From Cyanobacteria bacterium P01_F01_bin.143 (GTDB lineage Bacteria > Cyanobacteriota > Cyanobacteriia > Cyanobacteriales > Xenococcaceae), in the NCBI GenBank assembly GCA_039190385.1, contig JBCCYD010000001.1:1-43844 (forward strand): 43,844 nucleotides of DNA, read 5' to 3'. Made by a program: the position numbers and the translations under genes. Each line of letters opens with the position of its first letter. The stretch's first letter is position 1. Positions 20,757 through 29,732 of the stretch are shown here, in pieces. A model generated the notes under the pieces. The model was not told where the DNA came from and did no database searches. It was given only the letters and a program-made list of their open reading frames with translations.

Positions 20757-21315
20757 TGTAGTCTCCTTGGATATTGCACCCAGAGTCTAGTCATAATTTA
20801 AATTAAAGTAAGAAAAGAAATAACAACTAATTTTTATTTGGCTTAGTTGATGATTTCTGATTACTTTTTAAACTTGACAATTTTTGACTCAATTGGTGCT
20901 GCTTTCAATTATTAATGTGTCTTCTCTCAATAGGGCTGGGTTGAATAAAAAATGCTTCTTTTTTTATAAGATTTTTGATATTTGTTGAAAATGACGATTC
21001 TGAAATTTCCAACGGAATAAGCAATATTACCCGAATCAATCCACACCAGACTTATTAATATCTAGAGAAGAGAGAGCAATTTTGAATTCCTGTCAATTAG
21101 CTTCTATGAATTTGATTTTTATCTTTATCAAAATCTTCAATTTAATAGGTTGGAGAGTTCATTTATTTTGAAGATTAAAGATTACAAATACTTATTTGTT
21201 TGTCTTCATTATGTCTTAAATTTATTTTTTTTGGGTCAATTTTTGTAATTTTATATTAAGTTTGCTTTTAGGCTAAACACGATCGCACTACCTAAGAAAT
21301 ATTAATACGCGAGCA

Positions 21316-22722
21316 TTACCGCTGTAAAACATCTCTAACGGTAATCTTTTGTACAGCAGAGTAAGCGCCAAAAGATCGGTTTATGGTTAATTGTAATTCG
21401 ACAGCGTTATTAGCTTCTAGATATTGGGGTGGAATTGGTAATTGACCTAAATTTAGAGTAAAGCGATCGCGATTCTGCATAATCGCCTCAGGAGGCACTT
21501 CACCTTCATATTTAGTTCTATAATCGGAAACTCGGCGGAATCTCGCATCGTCCGTAGAGTCACTCACCCGATATTTAACAGAAAAACTAGTATTGATAAT
21601 ATCTGATTTATTAGCTTTATCAACTAAGGCCAATTGCAAATTTTCTTCTACTCCAGAAAATCCTTCACTTTTGAGCCGTTTCACATCTTTTTCTAAAATA
21701 GCATTAAAAACAAATACTTCGGTGATATTATCTCTTTTTAACTCATTGGTTTCTATCCATAGATCTTCGGGAAAAGCAATCTTGACATCATCTTCCCTTT
21801 CCAAAGCGAGAGTTACTCTTTGATTGGAAAAATCTCTAACCGATTGAGCAGCATCCCAAACTAAAAGCACGGTATGTTCTTGACGATTAACTAATTCTTG
21901 ATATTGATCGGCAATAATTGAGCCAGGAGCCAACAAATCACTAGCTCCAGTACGAGTTTTCCAATGGTTCTTCGAAAGGGTAAAACCGCGATCTTTAAGC
22001 TCGGAAATATTAATCGTGGTTTGCGGTTGATCTGGTGCTAGAGATTTATCAAGGTTAATCACCGTCAGATTCCCTAAACGTCCATCACGACCAACTCTGC
22101 CGTCGCGACCTGTTCTACCAGAAATACCATCGGTACATTGAAACTCTTCAGTCGTGCAACTATATTTAGAGCTGCCAGGCTTGCCAGTACAAGTCTGTTT
22201 GTTCCAGTAGGGCACAGAGCATTGACAACCTTCGCCACCAATTCCGCCTTGGCCGCCAAGTCCTCCTTCTCCCCCAGCAGCGATCGCGTATATCTGCCGC
22301 AGATAGCTTTTATCTGTCGTATAAACTGTCAGAGAACCACCATTCCCGCCGGTACCACCATCGCCACCATCGCCACCATTTCCGCCATCAGAAGCCTGAA
22401 GATTTTTTGATGCTTCTGGTTGCTCTTCACAAAGAGATTCTCCCCCTTGAAGACCGTCTTCTCCGACAAAACCATTTTCTCCTGATAAATCCAAAGTCAT
22501 AGGCGAACCATCAGCAAAAACAGTCAGAGAATCGCTATCTCGTCCATTTTGTCCTCTTTGCCCAGAGGGAGAGTCCGACCCAATTTTGCCAAAAGCCTGA
22601 ATTTCTGCTGCTTTAAGATAATAAGAGCAGAGAAGAGAAGAAGTATTTTGGGGAACAAATTGTGGAACAACTAGGAAGACAAAAGCAAGGGGAAGAGTTT
22701 TTCCCAGAAAACGTAATGGCAT
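21316..22722 (-). CDS. Secreted collagen-like (Gly-X-Y) Cys-containing hypothetical protein
   Basis: Hydrophobic N-terminus; interrupted G-X-X runs (GGNGGDGGDGGTGGNGG; GRTGRDGRVGRDG); Cys cluster. Confidence 0.75.
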   Translation of the reverse strand: MPLRFLGKTLPLAFVFLVVPQFVPQNTSSLLCSYYLKAAEIQAFGKIGSDSPSGQRGQNGRDSDSLTVFADGSPMTLDLSGENGFVGEDGLQGGESLCEEQPEASKNLQASDGGNGGDGGDGGTGGNGGSLTVYTTDKSYLRQIYAIAAGGEGGLGGQGGIGGEGCQCSVPYWNKQTCTGKPGSSKYSCTTEEFQCTDGISGRTGRDGRVGRDGRLGNLTVINLDKSLAPDQPQTTINISELKDRGFTLSKNHWKTRTGASDLLAPGSIIADQYQELVNRQEHTVLLVWDAAQSVRDFSNQRVTLALEREDDVKIAFPEDLWIETNELKRDNITEVFVFNAILEKDVKRLKSEGFSGVEENLQLALVDKANKSDIINTSFSVKYRVSDSTDDARFRRVSDYRTKYEGEVPPEAIMQNRDRFTLNLGQLPIPPQYLEANNAVELQLTINRSFGAYSAVQKITVRDVLQR

Positions 22723-22942
22723 GATTGAGGAGCTATAATCTGACTAGACACCCGCCAGTTGTATTACATATTTTCAAGATTTGTCAAGACTTAATTAACT
22801 AGTGATTACAAATCGCAGTTCGAATTGTAAAGGTTGAACAATCCTAAATTTTGTTGCATCTTGAGTTTTCCCAGGCCAGAAAATTATAAACTTTTTTGGA
22901 GAGAACATAAGATATTTGAAAAAAGGACATACTGATTGATTC

Positions 22943-23536
22943 ATGGCTTATTTTTGGTTTAAAGCATTTCACCTGATTGGGGTGGTTGTTTGGTTTGCAG
23001 GTTTATTTTATTTGGTGCGCCTTTTTGTTTATCATGCAGAAGCAAACTTGGAACCCGAACCTGCCCAAGGTATTTTAAAAAAACAATATGAAATAATGGA
23101 GAAAAGACTCTACGGGATCATTACCACTCCAGGGATGATTGTTGCCGTAGCTTGTGCTATTGGTTTAGTCTCCACTGAACCAGCAGTGCTCAAATCCGGT
23201 TGGTTGCATATCAAATTAACAATGGTAGCAATTTTGATTGGCTATCATTTCTTCTGCAAAAGAATTATGAATCAGTTGGCAAAAGATGAATGCAATTGGA
23301 CAGGTCAACAATTTCGAGCCTTAAACGAAGCTCCAACAATCTTATTGGTAGTTATTGTCCTGCTTGCCGTATTTAAAAATAGTCTTCCTTTGGATATTAC
23401 AACTTGGGTGATTTTTGCTTTAGTGCTTGCTATGGCCGCAAGTATTCAACTTTATGCCAAAAAACGTCGTCTTGATAAAGAAAAATTAGCAACACAAACT
23501 AAAGAGCTAGAGCTTACTCCCAAGACTGCCGAATAA
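22943..23536 (+). CDS. hemJ: Protoporphyrinogen IX oxidase HemJ
   Basis: WFKAFHLIGVVVWFAGLFYLVRLFVYHAE, MEKRL, WLHIKL, FRALNEAPT. Confidence 0.95.
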   Translation: MAYFWFKAFHLIGVVVWFAGLFYLVRLFVYHAEANLEPEPAQGILKKQYEIMEKRLYGIITTPGMIVAVACAIGLVSTEPAVLKSGWLHIKLTMVAILIGYHFFCKRIMNQLAKDECNWTGQQFRALNEAPTILLVVIVLLAVFKNSLPLDITTWVIFALVLAMAASIQLYAKKRRLDKEKLATQTKELELTPKTAE

Positions 23537-23539
23537 TAT

Positions 23540-23680
23540 TAGACTTGTTGTGAATTAAGCTCAAAAAATCAGTCAAACCCTTGTTATTCAAGATATTCAG
23601 CTATTTTTAAGTAAAATTGACCTTAAGGCTTATCTGGTAAGCTGTTTAGTAGTTTTAAATTTTATTTCACAACAAGTCTA
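23540..23680. mobile_element. MITE-like element, about 140 bp
   Basis: 15-bp perfect terminal inverted repeat TAGACTTGTTGTGAA / TTCACAACAAGTCTA; the outer TA may be the target duplication. Confidence 0.82.
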
Positions 23681-23700
23681 TTAGAGAGAAGAAAAATCAG

Positions 23701-25011
23701 TTGCAGATAATTGTTTTAGATGATGATCCCACAGGTTCACAAACGGTTCACAGTTGCTTGTTGTTATTGAAATGGGATGTCGAAACCCTCAGATTGGCAT
23801 TACGAGATCAAGTACCTATTTTCTTTGTCTTAACCAATATTAGAGCGCTTTCCCCCAGCCAAGCAGCAAATGTAACTCAGGAAGTCTGTCGCAACCTGAA
23901 AATTGCTTTAGCCGCAGAAAATATTAGTAATTTTCTAATTGTCAGTCGCTCCGATTCCACTTTAAGGGGGCATTATCCCCTAGAAACTGACGTAATAGCC
24001 CAGGAGTTAGGCGGGTTTGATGCTCATTTTCTCACTCCTGCTTTCTTTGAAGGTGGCAGAGTTACGGTCAATAGCACCCATTATTTATTATCTGATGGCC
24101 AGAAAATTCCCGTAAGTGAAACTGAGTTTGCTCGCGATTCGATGTTCGGCTTCAATCACAGCTATCTACCTGATTATGTCGCCGAAAAAACTCAGGGAAA
24201 AATCGCTGCATCAGAAGTAATCACTATTCAACTTGAAGATGTCAAGTCAGGGGATCTTACTTCTCAACTGCTGGGGCTGAAGAATAACGCTTGTGTTGTA
24301 GTCGATGGAGAGACTCAAGAAGATTTTGACCGATTCGCGATCGCTCTTCTGAATACAACAAATCAGGGAAAACGCTTTCTCTTCCGTTCTGCTGCCAGCT
24401 TGATTACATCCCTAGCTAAATTGGGCAAACAACCTATTCCCGCCTCAGAAATGGCCCAGTACAAGACCCAGCAAAAGCCAGGGGTAATTTTAGTTGGTTC
24501 CCATGTAGAGAAAACAACTAGACAATTAAAAGAACTTTTAACCCAGCCTGCGATCGCAGGTATTGAACTTGATGTACTGCGGTTACGGAATAATCCAGAA
24601 GCTCGTGAAATAATGTTCCCAGAAATTCTTAATCAAGTTTTAACTGTTTGGCAACAAGGAAAAACTCCAGTAATTTTTACCAGTCGGGAAGAAGTAACTT
24701 TTGATGATCTTCAAGAACGAATTGATTTTGGCGAAGCTATCTCCGCTCTCTTAATGGATCTGGTGGGCAGCTTACCTTCAGATATTGGATTTTTAATTAG
24801 TAAAGGTGGAATTACCTCGAATAACTTGCTGAGTAAAGGTTTGAAGCTAACTACTGTGCGATTATTAGGTCAAATTTTACCTGGTTGTTGTGTTGTCCGC
24901 ACTGCGATCGATCATCCTCAGTTTTCCCATTTACCTGTGGTTTTATTTCCCGGAAATGTTGGCAATGATCAAAGTTTAGTTACTGCATGGAAAATAATTG
25001 ATCTGGTGTAG
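23701..25011 (+). CDS. Four-carbon acid sugar kinase family protein (DUF1537)
   Basis: IIVLDDDPTGSQTVH, SRSDSTLRGHYP, ISKGGITS, FPGNVG. Confidence 0.9.
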   Translation: MQIIVLDDDPTGSQTVHSCLLLLKWDVETLRLALRDQVPIFFVLTNIRALSPSQAANVTQEVCRNLKIALAAENISNFLIVSRSDSTLRGHYPLETDVIAQELGGFDAHFLTPAFFEGGRVTVNSTHYLLSDGQKIPVSETEFARDSMFGFNHSYLPDYVAEKTQGKIAASEVITIQLEDVKSGDLTSQLLGLKNNACVVVDGETQEDFDRFAIALLNTTNQGKRFLFRSAASLITSLAKLGKQPIPASEMAQYKTQQKPGVILVGSHVEKTTRQLKELLTQPAIAGIELDVLRLRNNPEAREIMFPEILNQVLTVWQQGKTPVIFTSREEVTFDDLQERIDFGEAISALLMDLVGSLPSDIGFLISKGGITSNNLLSKGLKLTTVRLLGQILPGCCVVRTAIDHPQFSHLPVVLFPGNVGNDQSLVTAWKIIDLV

Positions 25012-25047
25012 ATTTTGACTCGAATTTTCCTGATCAACAATTTTTAG

Positions 25048-25053
25048 TATAAT
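25048..25053 (+). promoter_or_regulatory. -10 element TATAAT upstream of the putative 6S RNA
   Basis: Consensus TATAAT directly before the G-run that opens the long hairpin. Confidence 0.55.
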
Positions 25054-25367
25054 GGGGGGGACTAGTTAAGAAGCCAAGAGAGGGAAACTATGGTTTTAAT
25101 GGTTCAACTGCTCCTAAACCCAAAAAATGGAGCTACCTACATAACTTGTCCAACGAGTAAGGTATAACTAAAAAGTAGAATTTTCATCTTAATTTTTCAA
25201 GATTTAGTTCACTCATAACTGCAAAATTTTGTTTAGGAGATATTAAGCTTTGAGAGAAGATAGCAGTAAGCCTACACAGCATTGCAACTCTTGGTTAACC
25301 CAGAAAGATAAACTAGAAATCCGAAGAAAAGAAAACAGATTTTCTGAGTTGTATGTAAGTTTCCCCC
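25054..25367 (+). ncRNA. ssrS: Probable 6S RNA with an expanded terminal loop
   Basis: Nested complementary blocks: GGGGG.ACT/AGTTTCCCCC, GCCAAGAG/CTCTTGGT, GGTT..ACTGCT/AGCAGTAAGCC. Sequence and position upstream of pmgA resemble cyanobacterial ssrS loci as I recall them. The ends are uncertain and no covariance search was run. Confidence 0.62.
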
Positions 25368-25402
25368 ATCAAGCAAAAATTGTAGTTTAGAGGTTGTTAC
25401 CA

Positions 25403-25858
25403 GTGATTGCTCTGCCTATTCCCTGGAATAAAAGTAAAGGTAGCACTCTTAGTTTTGCTTCAACTCTCTACCTTTGCCCAATTTTAGATTTACTCCTAGC
25501 TAATATTCCTTCGCAGTGGAAAGCCGAAATTAGATTAGGATTACAAGAAGCTTTAGTCAATGCCGCCAGACATGGCAATAAACTAGATCCTAGTAAAAGG
25601 ATCTTTGTTGAATTCAATGTGACGCCGACAGAATATTGTTGGATTATCAAAGATGAGGGAACAGGCTTTGAGCCTCAATGTTCTTGTCATGCGATCGCTG
25701 AGCCTCTTCCTTTGCCTGCGGTCGAAGCAGAAAGTGGTAGAGGTTTGTGTATATTGCATGAAGTATTTGATTTAGTTCACTGGAATGAAGAGGGAACCCA
25801 AGTTACCTTAGCGATACGAGTGAATAATCGCGATCGCAATCAACCAATGATTTTGTGA
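25403..25858 (+). CDS. pmgA: Anti-sigma/RsbW-like ATP-binding regulator PmgA
   Basis: SFASTLYLCPILDLLL, RLGLQEALVNAARHGN, DEGTGF, ESGRGL. GTG 25403 after GAGG is preferred as start. Confidence 0.88.
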   Translation: MIALPIPWNKSKGSTLSFASTLYLCPILDLLLANIPSQWKAEIRLGLQEALVNAARHGNKLDPSKRIFVEFNVTPTEYCWIIKDEGTGFEPQCSCHAIAEPLPLPAVEAESGRGLCILHEVFDLVHWNEEGTQVTLAIRVNNRDRNQPMIL

Positions 25859-25886
25859 TTTAACCTAAAAATCTAAAATTTATTTA

Positions 25887-26651
25887 ATGTCTAACCAGAA
25901 ATTATTAACCGCAACTGGATTGTATAAAAGTTTTGGTGGCATCAAAGCCGTTAATAACGCCCAAATAGATGTAGATCACGGTAGTATCACTGGCTTAATT
26001 GGGCCTAATGGGGCAGGGAAAACAACCTTATTTAATCTACTGTCTAATTTCATTAGTTCTGATCAAGGGCAGGTAATTTTTAATGATCAACCGATTCATC
26101 ATTTGAATCCTCATCAAATTGCTCAGCAAGGTTGTATTCGGACTTTCCAGGTGGCGCGGGTACTATCTCGATTATCCGTACTAGAAAATATGTTGCTCGC
26201 CAAACCACAACAAACGGGAGAAAATTTCTTCAAAGTTTGGTTTCAACAATCGCAATTGAGACGAGAAGAACGAGCCAATAAAGAAAAAGCGATGAATATT
26301 TTAGAATCCGTTGGCTTAGCGGCCAAGGCTGATGATTACGCTGGGGCTTTATCTGGCGGGCAAAGAAAACTTTTGGAAATGGCCAGAACTTTAATGGCCG
26401 ATCCGAAGCTAGTTCTTTTAGATGAGCCAGCTGCGGGAGTGAATCCTACTTTGATTGGCCAAATCTGCGAACATATTGTGAACTGGAATAAACAGGGAAT
26501 TTCCTTTCTGGTGATCGAACATAATATGGACGTGATCATGTCGTTATGCGATCGCGTTTGGGTCTTGGCCGAAGGAACCAACTTAGCTGATGGTACACCA
26601 GAAGAAATTCAAAGTAATCCTGCGGTTTTAGAAGCTTATCTCGGGGAATAA
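25887..26651 (+). CDS. Branched-chain/neutral amino acid ABC transporter ATP-binding subunit (LivG/NatA type)
   Basis: GPNGAGKTT, RTFQ, LSGGQRK, LLDEPAAG, IEHNMD, VLEAYLG. Confidence 0.93.
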   Translation: MSNQKLLTATGLYKSFGGIKAVNNAQIDVDHGSITGLIGPNGAGKTTLFNLLSNFISSDQGQVIFNDQPIHHLNPHQIAQQGCIRTFQVARVLSRLSVLENMLLAKPQQTGENFFKVWFQQSQLRREERANKEKAMNILESVGLAAKADDYAGALSGGQRKLLEMARTLMADPKLVLLDEPAAGVNPTLIGQICEHIVNWNKQGISFLVIEHNMDVIMSLCDRVWVLAEGTNLADGTPEEIQSNPAVLEAYLGE

Positions 26652-26769
26652 AGCATAATAGAATATAGTAATTTGTAACCTGTAATGTGAAGAAAAAAAA
26701 GGCTAAGCTTGGGCCAGCTAAAAGCTAAATAAACCCAACGAATTCATATCAGGCGAATTGCTTAAGACT

Positions 26770-28056
26770 ATGTTAAATATTACATTCAATTATGATTTTG
26801 ACACCGAAGGCTTTTTTAGTGGTTCCGAAGGGTCAGTAAGACGAGCAACCCTAGAACAAGCTGGTAGTTTTTATGCAAATTTTATTACCGATAATCTCTC
26901 AACAATAGCTCCAGATGCTGCGTTAAATAATTGGTCAGTCGTTTTTTCTAATACAGCAACCGGCAATCAACAATCTATCGAAAATCTAACCATTCCAGAA
27001 AATACTATTATCATTTATGCTGGCGGGCGAGATCTTGATGGTTCTCTGGGGGAAGGAGGACCTGGAGGGTTTACGGCTAGTGGCACAACAGATTTTCTCA
27101 ATACTGTCAGAGGACGGGGTCAAGCAGGTGCATTAAGCGTACCCAATACCGATTATAGTTTATGGGGCGGCTCGATCACTTTTGATACGAACATCGTTTT
27201 AGAATCCAATACTTTCGAATGGCACAATAGTATCGATCCAGAAGGATTAGAATCTGACAAAGTTGATTTTTTATCAGTTGCGATTCACGAGCTGGGACAT
27301 GTTTTCGGTTTGGTCAATGGGGAAGATAATTCTTGGACTAGTCAGATCAGTGGGACAAATTTTACGGGGACAAATGCCTTAGCAGTCTATCGAGCAGAAA
27401 ATGATCCTAATGCAACTTCTGTTCCTTTGAATAATAATGATTTCGAGCATTGGGAAAATGGTACTACTAGTTTCACTTTAGACAATGTCCCTCAAGAACC
27501 AGCTATGACTACTGGTGGTGAGCAATTAGGGCAAAGGCAATTGCTGACTAATTTGGATTATGCAGCTTTTGAAGATATCGGTTGGGAACTTGATTTTGAT
27601 GAGCTCGATACTCCTATCTATCGTTTCCAAAGTAATGTCACACCTGGTACCTATTTATTTGTGGGGGAAGCGGAAAGACAAAATATCAATCAAAACCTGA
27701 GTGACAATTTTATTGATGAAGGGGTTGCTTTCAATGCTGCGATCGCGCCTAATGATGAGCTAATTCCTCTATTTCGGTTTCAAAGTACTCAACTACCCGG
27801 CACCTATCTCTTTGTGGGGGAAGCAGAACGCAATAGTATTAACGCCGATCCTAATTTATCTAGTAGTTTTAACGAAGAAGGTATTGCTTTTTATGTTTAT
27901 GGTGCTGGGGCAGACGAAGCCGCGCCTTTTTCTCGGTTCCAAAATTCTTCGGTGCCAGGAACCTATCTTTATGCTACAGGTACTGAAGCTGCCAATATTC
28001 GCACTAATTTACCAAACTTTGTCGAAGAAGGAATTGCCTTTGAAGCGGGCATCTAA
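26770..28056 (+). CDS. Zinc metalloprotease (HExxH) with a C-terminal triple-repeat domain
   Basis: AIHELGHVFGL, distal EHW and PAMT; three repeats of P..RFQ....PGTYL(F/Y)....E...I......F.(D/E)EG.AF. ATG 26770 preferred. Confidence 0.8.
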   Translation: MLNITFNYDFDTEGFFSGSEGSVRRATLEQAGSFYANFITDNLSTIAPDAALNNWSVVFSNTATGNQQSIENLTIPENTIIIYAGGRDLDGSLGEGGPGGFTASGTTDFLNTVRGRGQAGALSVPNTDYSLWGGSITFDTNIVLESNTFEWHNSIDPEGLESDKVDFLSVAIHELGHVFGLVNGEDNSWTSQISGTNFTGTNALAVYRAENDPNATSVPLNNNDFEHWENGTTSFTLDNVPQEPAMTTGGEQLGQRQLLTNLDYAAFEDIGWELDFDELDTPIYRFQSNVTPGTYLFVGEAERQNINQNLSDNFIDEGVAFNAAIAPNDELIPLFRFQSTQLPGTYLFVGEAERNSINADPNLSSSFNEEGIAFYVYGAGADEAAPFSRFQNSSVPGTYLYATGTEAANIRTNLPNFVEEGIAFEAGI

Positions 28057-28058
28057 TC

Positions 28059-28793
28059 TTAATAGCTTTTGAGGTAAAGCTCAATCGCTTGCTCCGTATC
28101 ACCCATGAATTTGATCTTTCCCTGATCTAGCCAGATCGTTTTTTTACAGGATTCGGCAATTAATGTCATTGAGTGAGACACTAACAAAATAGTAATGCCA
28201 TCTTGCCAAAATTCCTGCATTTTTTGCTCACATTTATATTTAAATCCTTCATCTCCCACGGATAAAATTTCATCAAGAATTAAGATATCTGGTTCTACAT
28301 CTGTCGCGATCGCAAAACCCAATCTAGCTTTCATTCCTGAAGATAAGCTTTTAACTGGGATTAAACCATATTCCTCTAATTCGGCAAATTCTAAAATGCT
28401 TTTGGCTCTCTCTTTCATTTCTTGACGAGTAAAACCCAACATTACGCCATAAAAAATTATATTATCAAGCACGGAAAGCTCTTCATCGAAACCAGCTCCT
28501 AATTCAATTAGCGGGGCAATCTGTCCTTTAACTTTCACCGAACCAGTAGTTGGTTGCAAAATGCCACAAATTACTTTTAATAAGGTCGATTTCCCAGAAC
28601 CATTAGCACCAATAATCGCAATTTTCTCTCCCCGCTCAATTTCTAGTTCAATCTCGTTTAAAATTAATTTTTTAGCAGGTTGGCGATACTTTCCTTCAAT
28701 AATAGATAGTATCGTGCGCTTGAGATCGTAAGAGAATTCTTCTTGCGTTCTGCGCCATAAAGAGACTTTATCTAATCTAATCGCTTCTGTCAT
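28059..28793 (-). CDS. wzt: Polysaccharide export ABC transporter ATPase
   Basis: GANGSGKST, IELGAGF, LSSGMKARLGFAIA, LDEILSVGD. Confidence 0.92.
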   Translation of the reverse strand: MTEAIRLDKVSLWRRTQEEFSYDLKRTILSIIEGKYRQPAKKLILNEIELEIERGEKIAIIGANGSGKSTLLKVICGILQPTTGSVKVKGQIAPLIELGAGFDEELSVLDNIIFYGVMLGFTRQEMKERAKSILEFAELEEYGLIPVKSLSSGMKARLGFAIATDVEPDILILDEILSVGDEGFKYKCEQKMQEFWQDGITILLVSHSMTLIAESCKKTIWLDQGKIKFMGDTEQAIELYLKSY

Positions 28794-28796
28794 TTT

Positions 28797-29603
28797 CTAG
28801 AGTAAATCCATAAATTTTTCTTGCCACAATTTAAAAGCGATCGCCCCTAACGTCAAGACGATACAACCACTGAACAACGAATGAAATATCAAGGTAATAT
28901 TTGGTAAATCACCTGATAAACTAATTTGCCGAATACTTTCAATTATGGGAAATAACGGATTTCTTACTAAAACTGGTCTAATTTCGTTAGGAACAATTTC
29001 TGGAGGATAGAATATTGGTAAACTAATCCAGATTAAAAATGTCAATAACTCATAGAAATAGGGTAAATCCCGAAAAAAAACATATAATGCTCCGGTTAAA
29101 AATCCAACTCCTGTACAGACTAAAGCTAACGCTAGTAAAGGAAATATAATTGCTAAAACATTGAGAATATTCTTGGATAAAATCAATGTTACTAACATTA
29201 GTAAGGGCAATCCTCCCATCACGAATTGAAATATATTCGCGCCAATACAAGATAAAGGAAAAATAAATAAAGGTAATTTAATCTTATTTACGATCGAGCC
29301 GTTGGCTACGACACTCGCTAGAGCTTGGGCGGTCGAAGCAGAAAAGAAATTGAAGATGATTAGACCAGTAAATACAGCCAAAACATAATTCAAAATCGAA
29401 TCGTCGTAATATACGGCGAAAGCAGTCCCAAAAACTGCGCTATACAATATGGTCATGATTATCGGATTTAATAATGACCAATATATACCTAGAAAAGAAC
29501 CACGATATCTTTTTTTTAGATTGCGTCGAACTAAAACATAAAGGAGCTCCCAATGCCATTTTAGTCGAGATCTTCTCTCGTTTAGGTGAGTGGATGCAAT
29601 CAT
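28797..29603 (-). CDS. wzm: Polysaccharide export ABC-2 permease
   Basis: RYRGSFLGIYWSLLNP, FFRD, PIFYP, NP; six TM helices; directly upstream of wzt. Confidence 0.92.
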   Translation of the reverse strand: MIASTHLNERRSRLKWHWELLYVLVRRNLKKRYRGSFLGIYWSLLNPIIMTILYSAVFGTAFAVYYDDSILNYVLAVFTGLIIFNFFSASTAQALASVVANGSIVNKIKLPLFIFPLSCIGANIFQFVMGGLPLLMLVTLILSKNILNVLAIIFPLLALALVCTGVGFLTGALYVFFRDLPYFYELLTFLIWISLPIFYPPEIVPNEIRPVLVRNPLFPIIESIRQISLSGDLPNITLIFHSLFSGCIVLTLGAIAFKLWQEKFMDLL

Positions 29604-29732
29604 AAGGATCTGGAATAGGAGGACGACTAGAAGCGTATTTTACACTACGCATCATCTTATCTCACAGCAATTTTAAATTGGAAATGTTGCACATGGGGTA
29701 TATCCTATAATATTGAATTGCTCAAATAGATA

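Noticed and set aside
28059-29603. wzm/wzt without adjacent glycosyltransferases
   Set aside because: Scattered polysaccharide genes are normal in cyanobacteria, and nothing links the pair to the CBM6 proteins beyond loose proximity.
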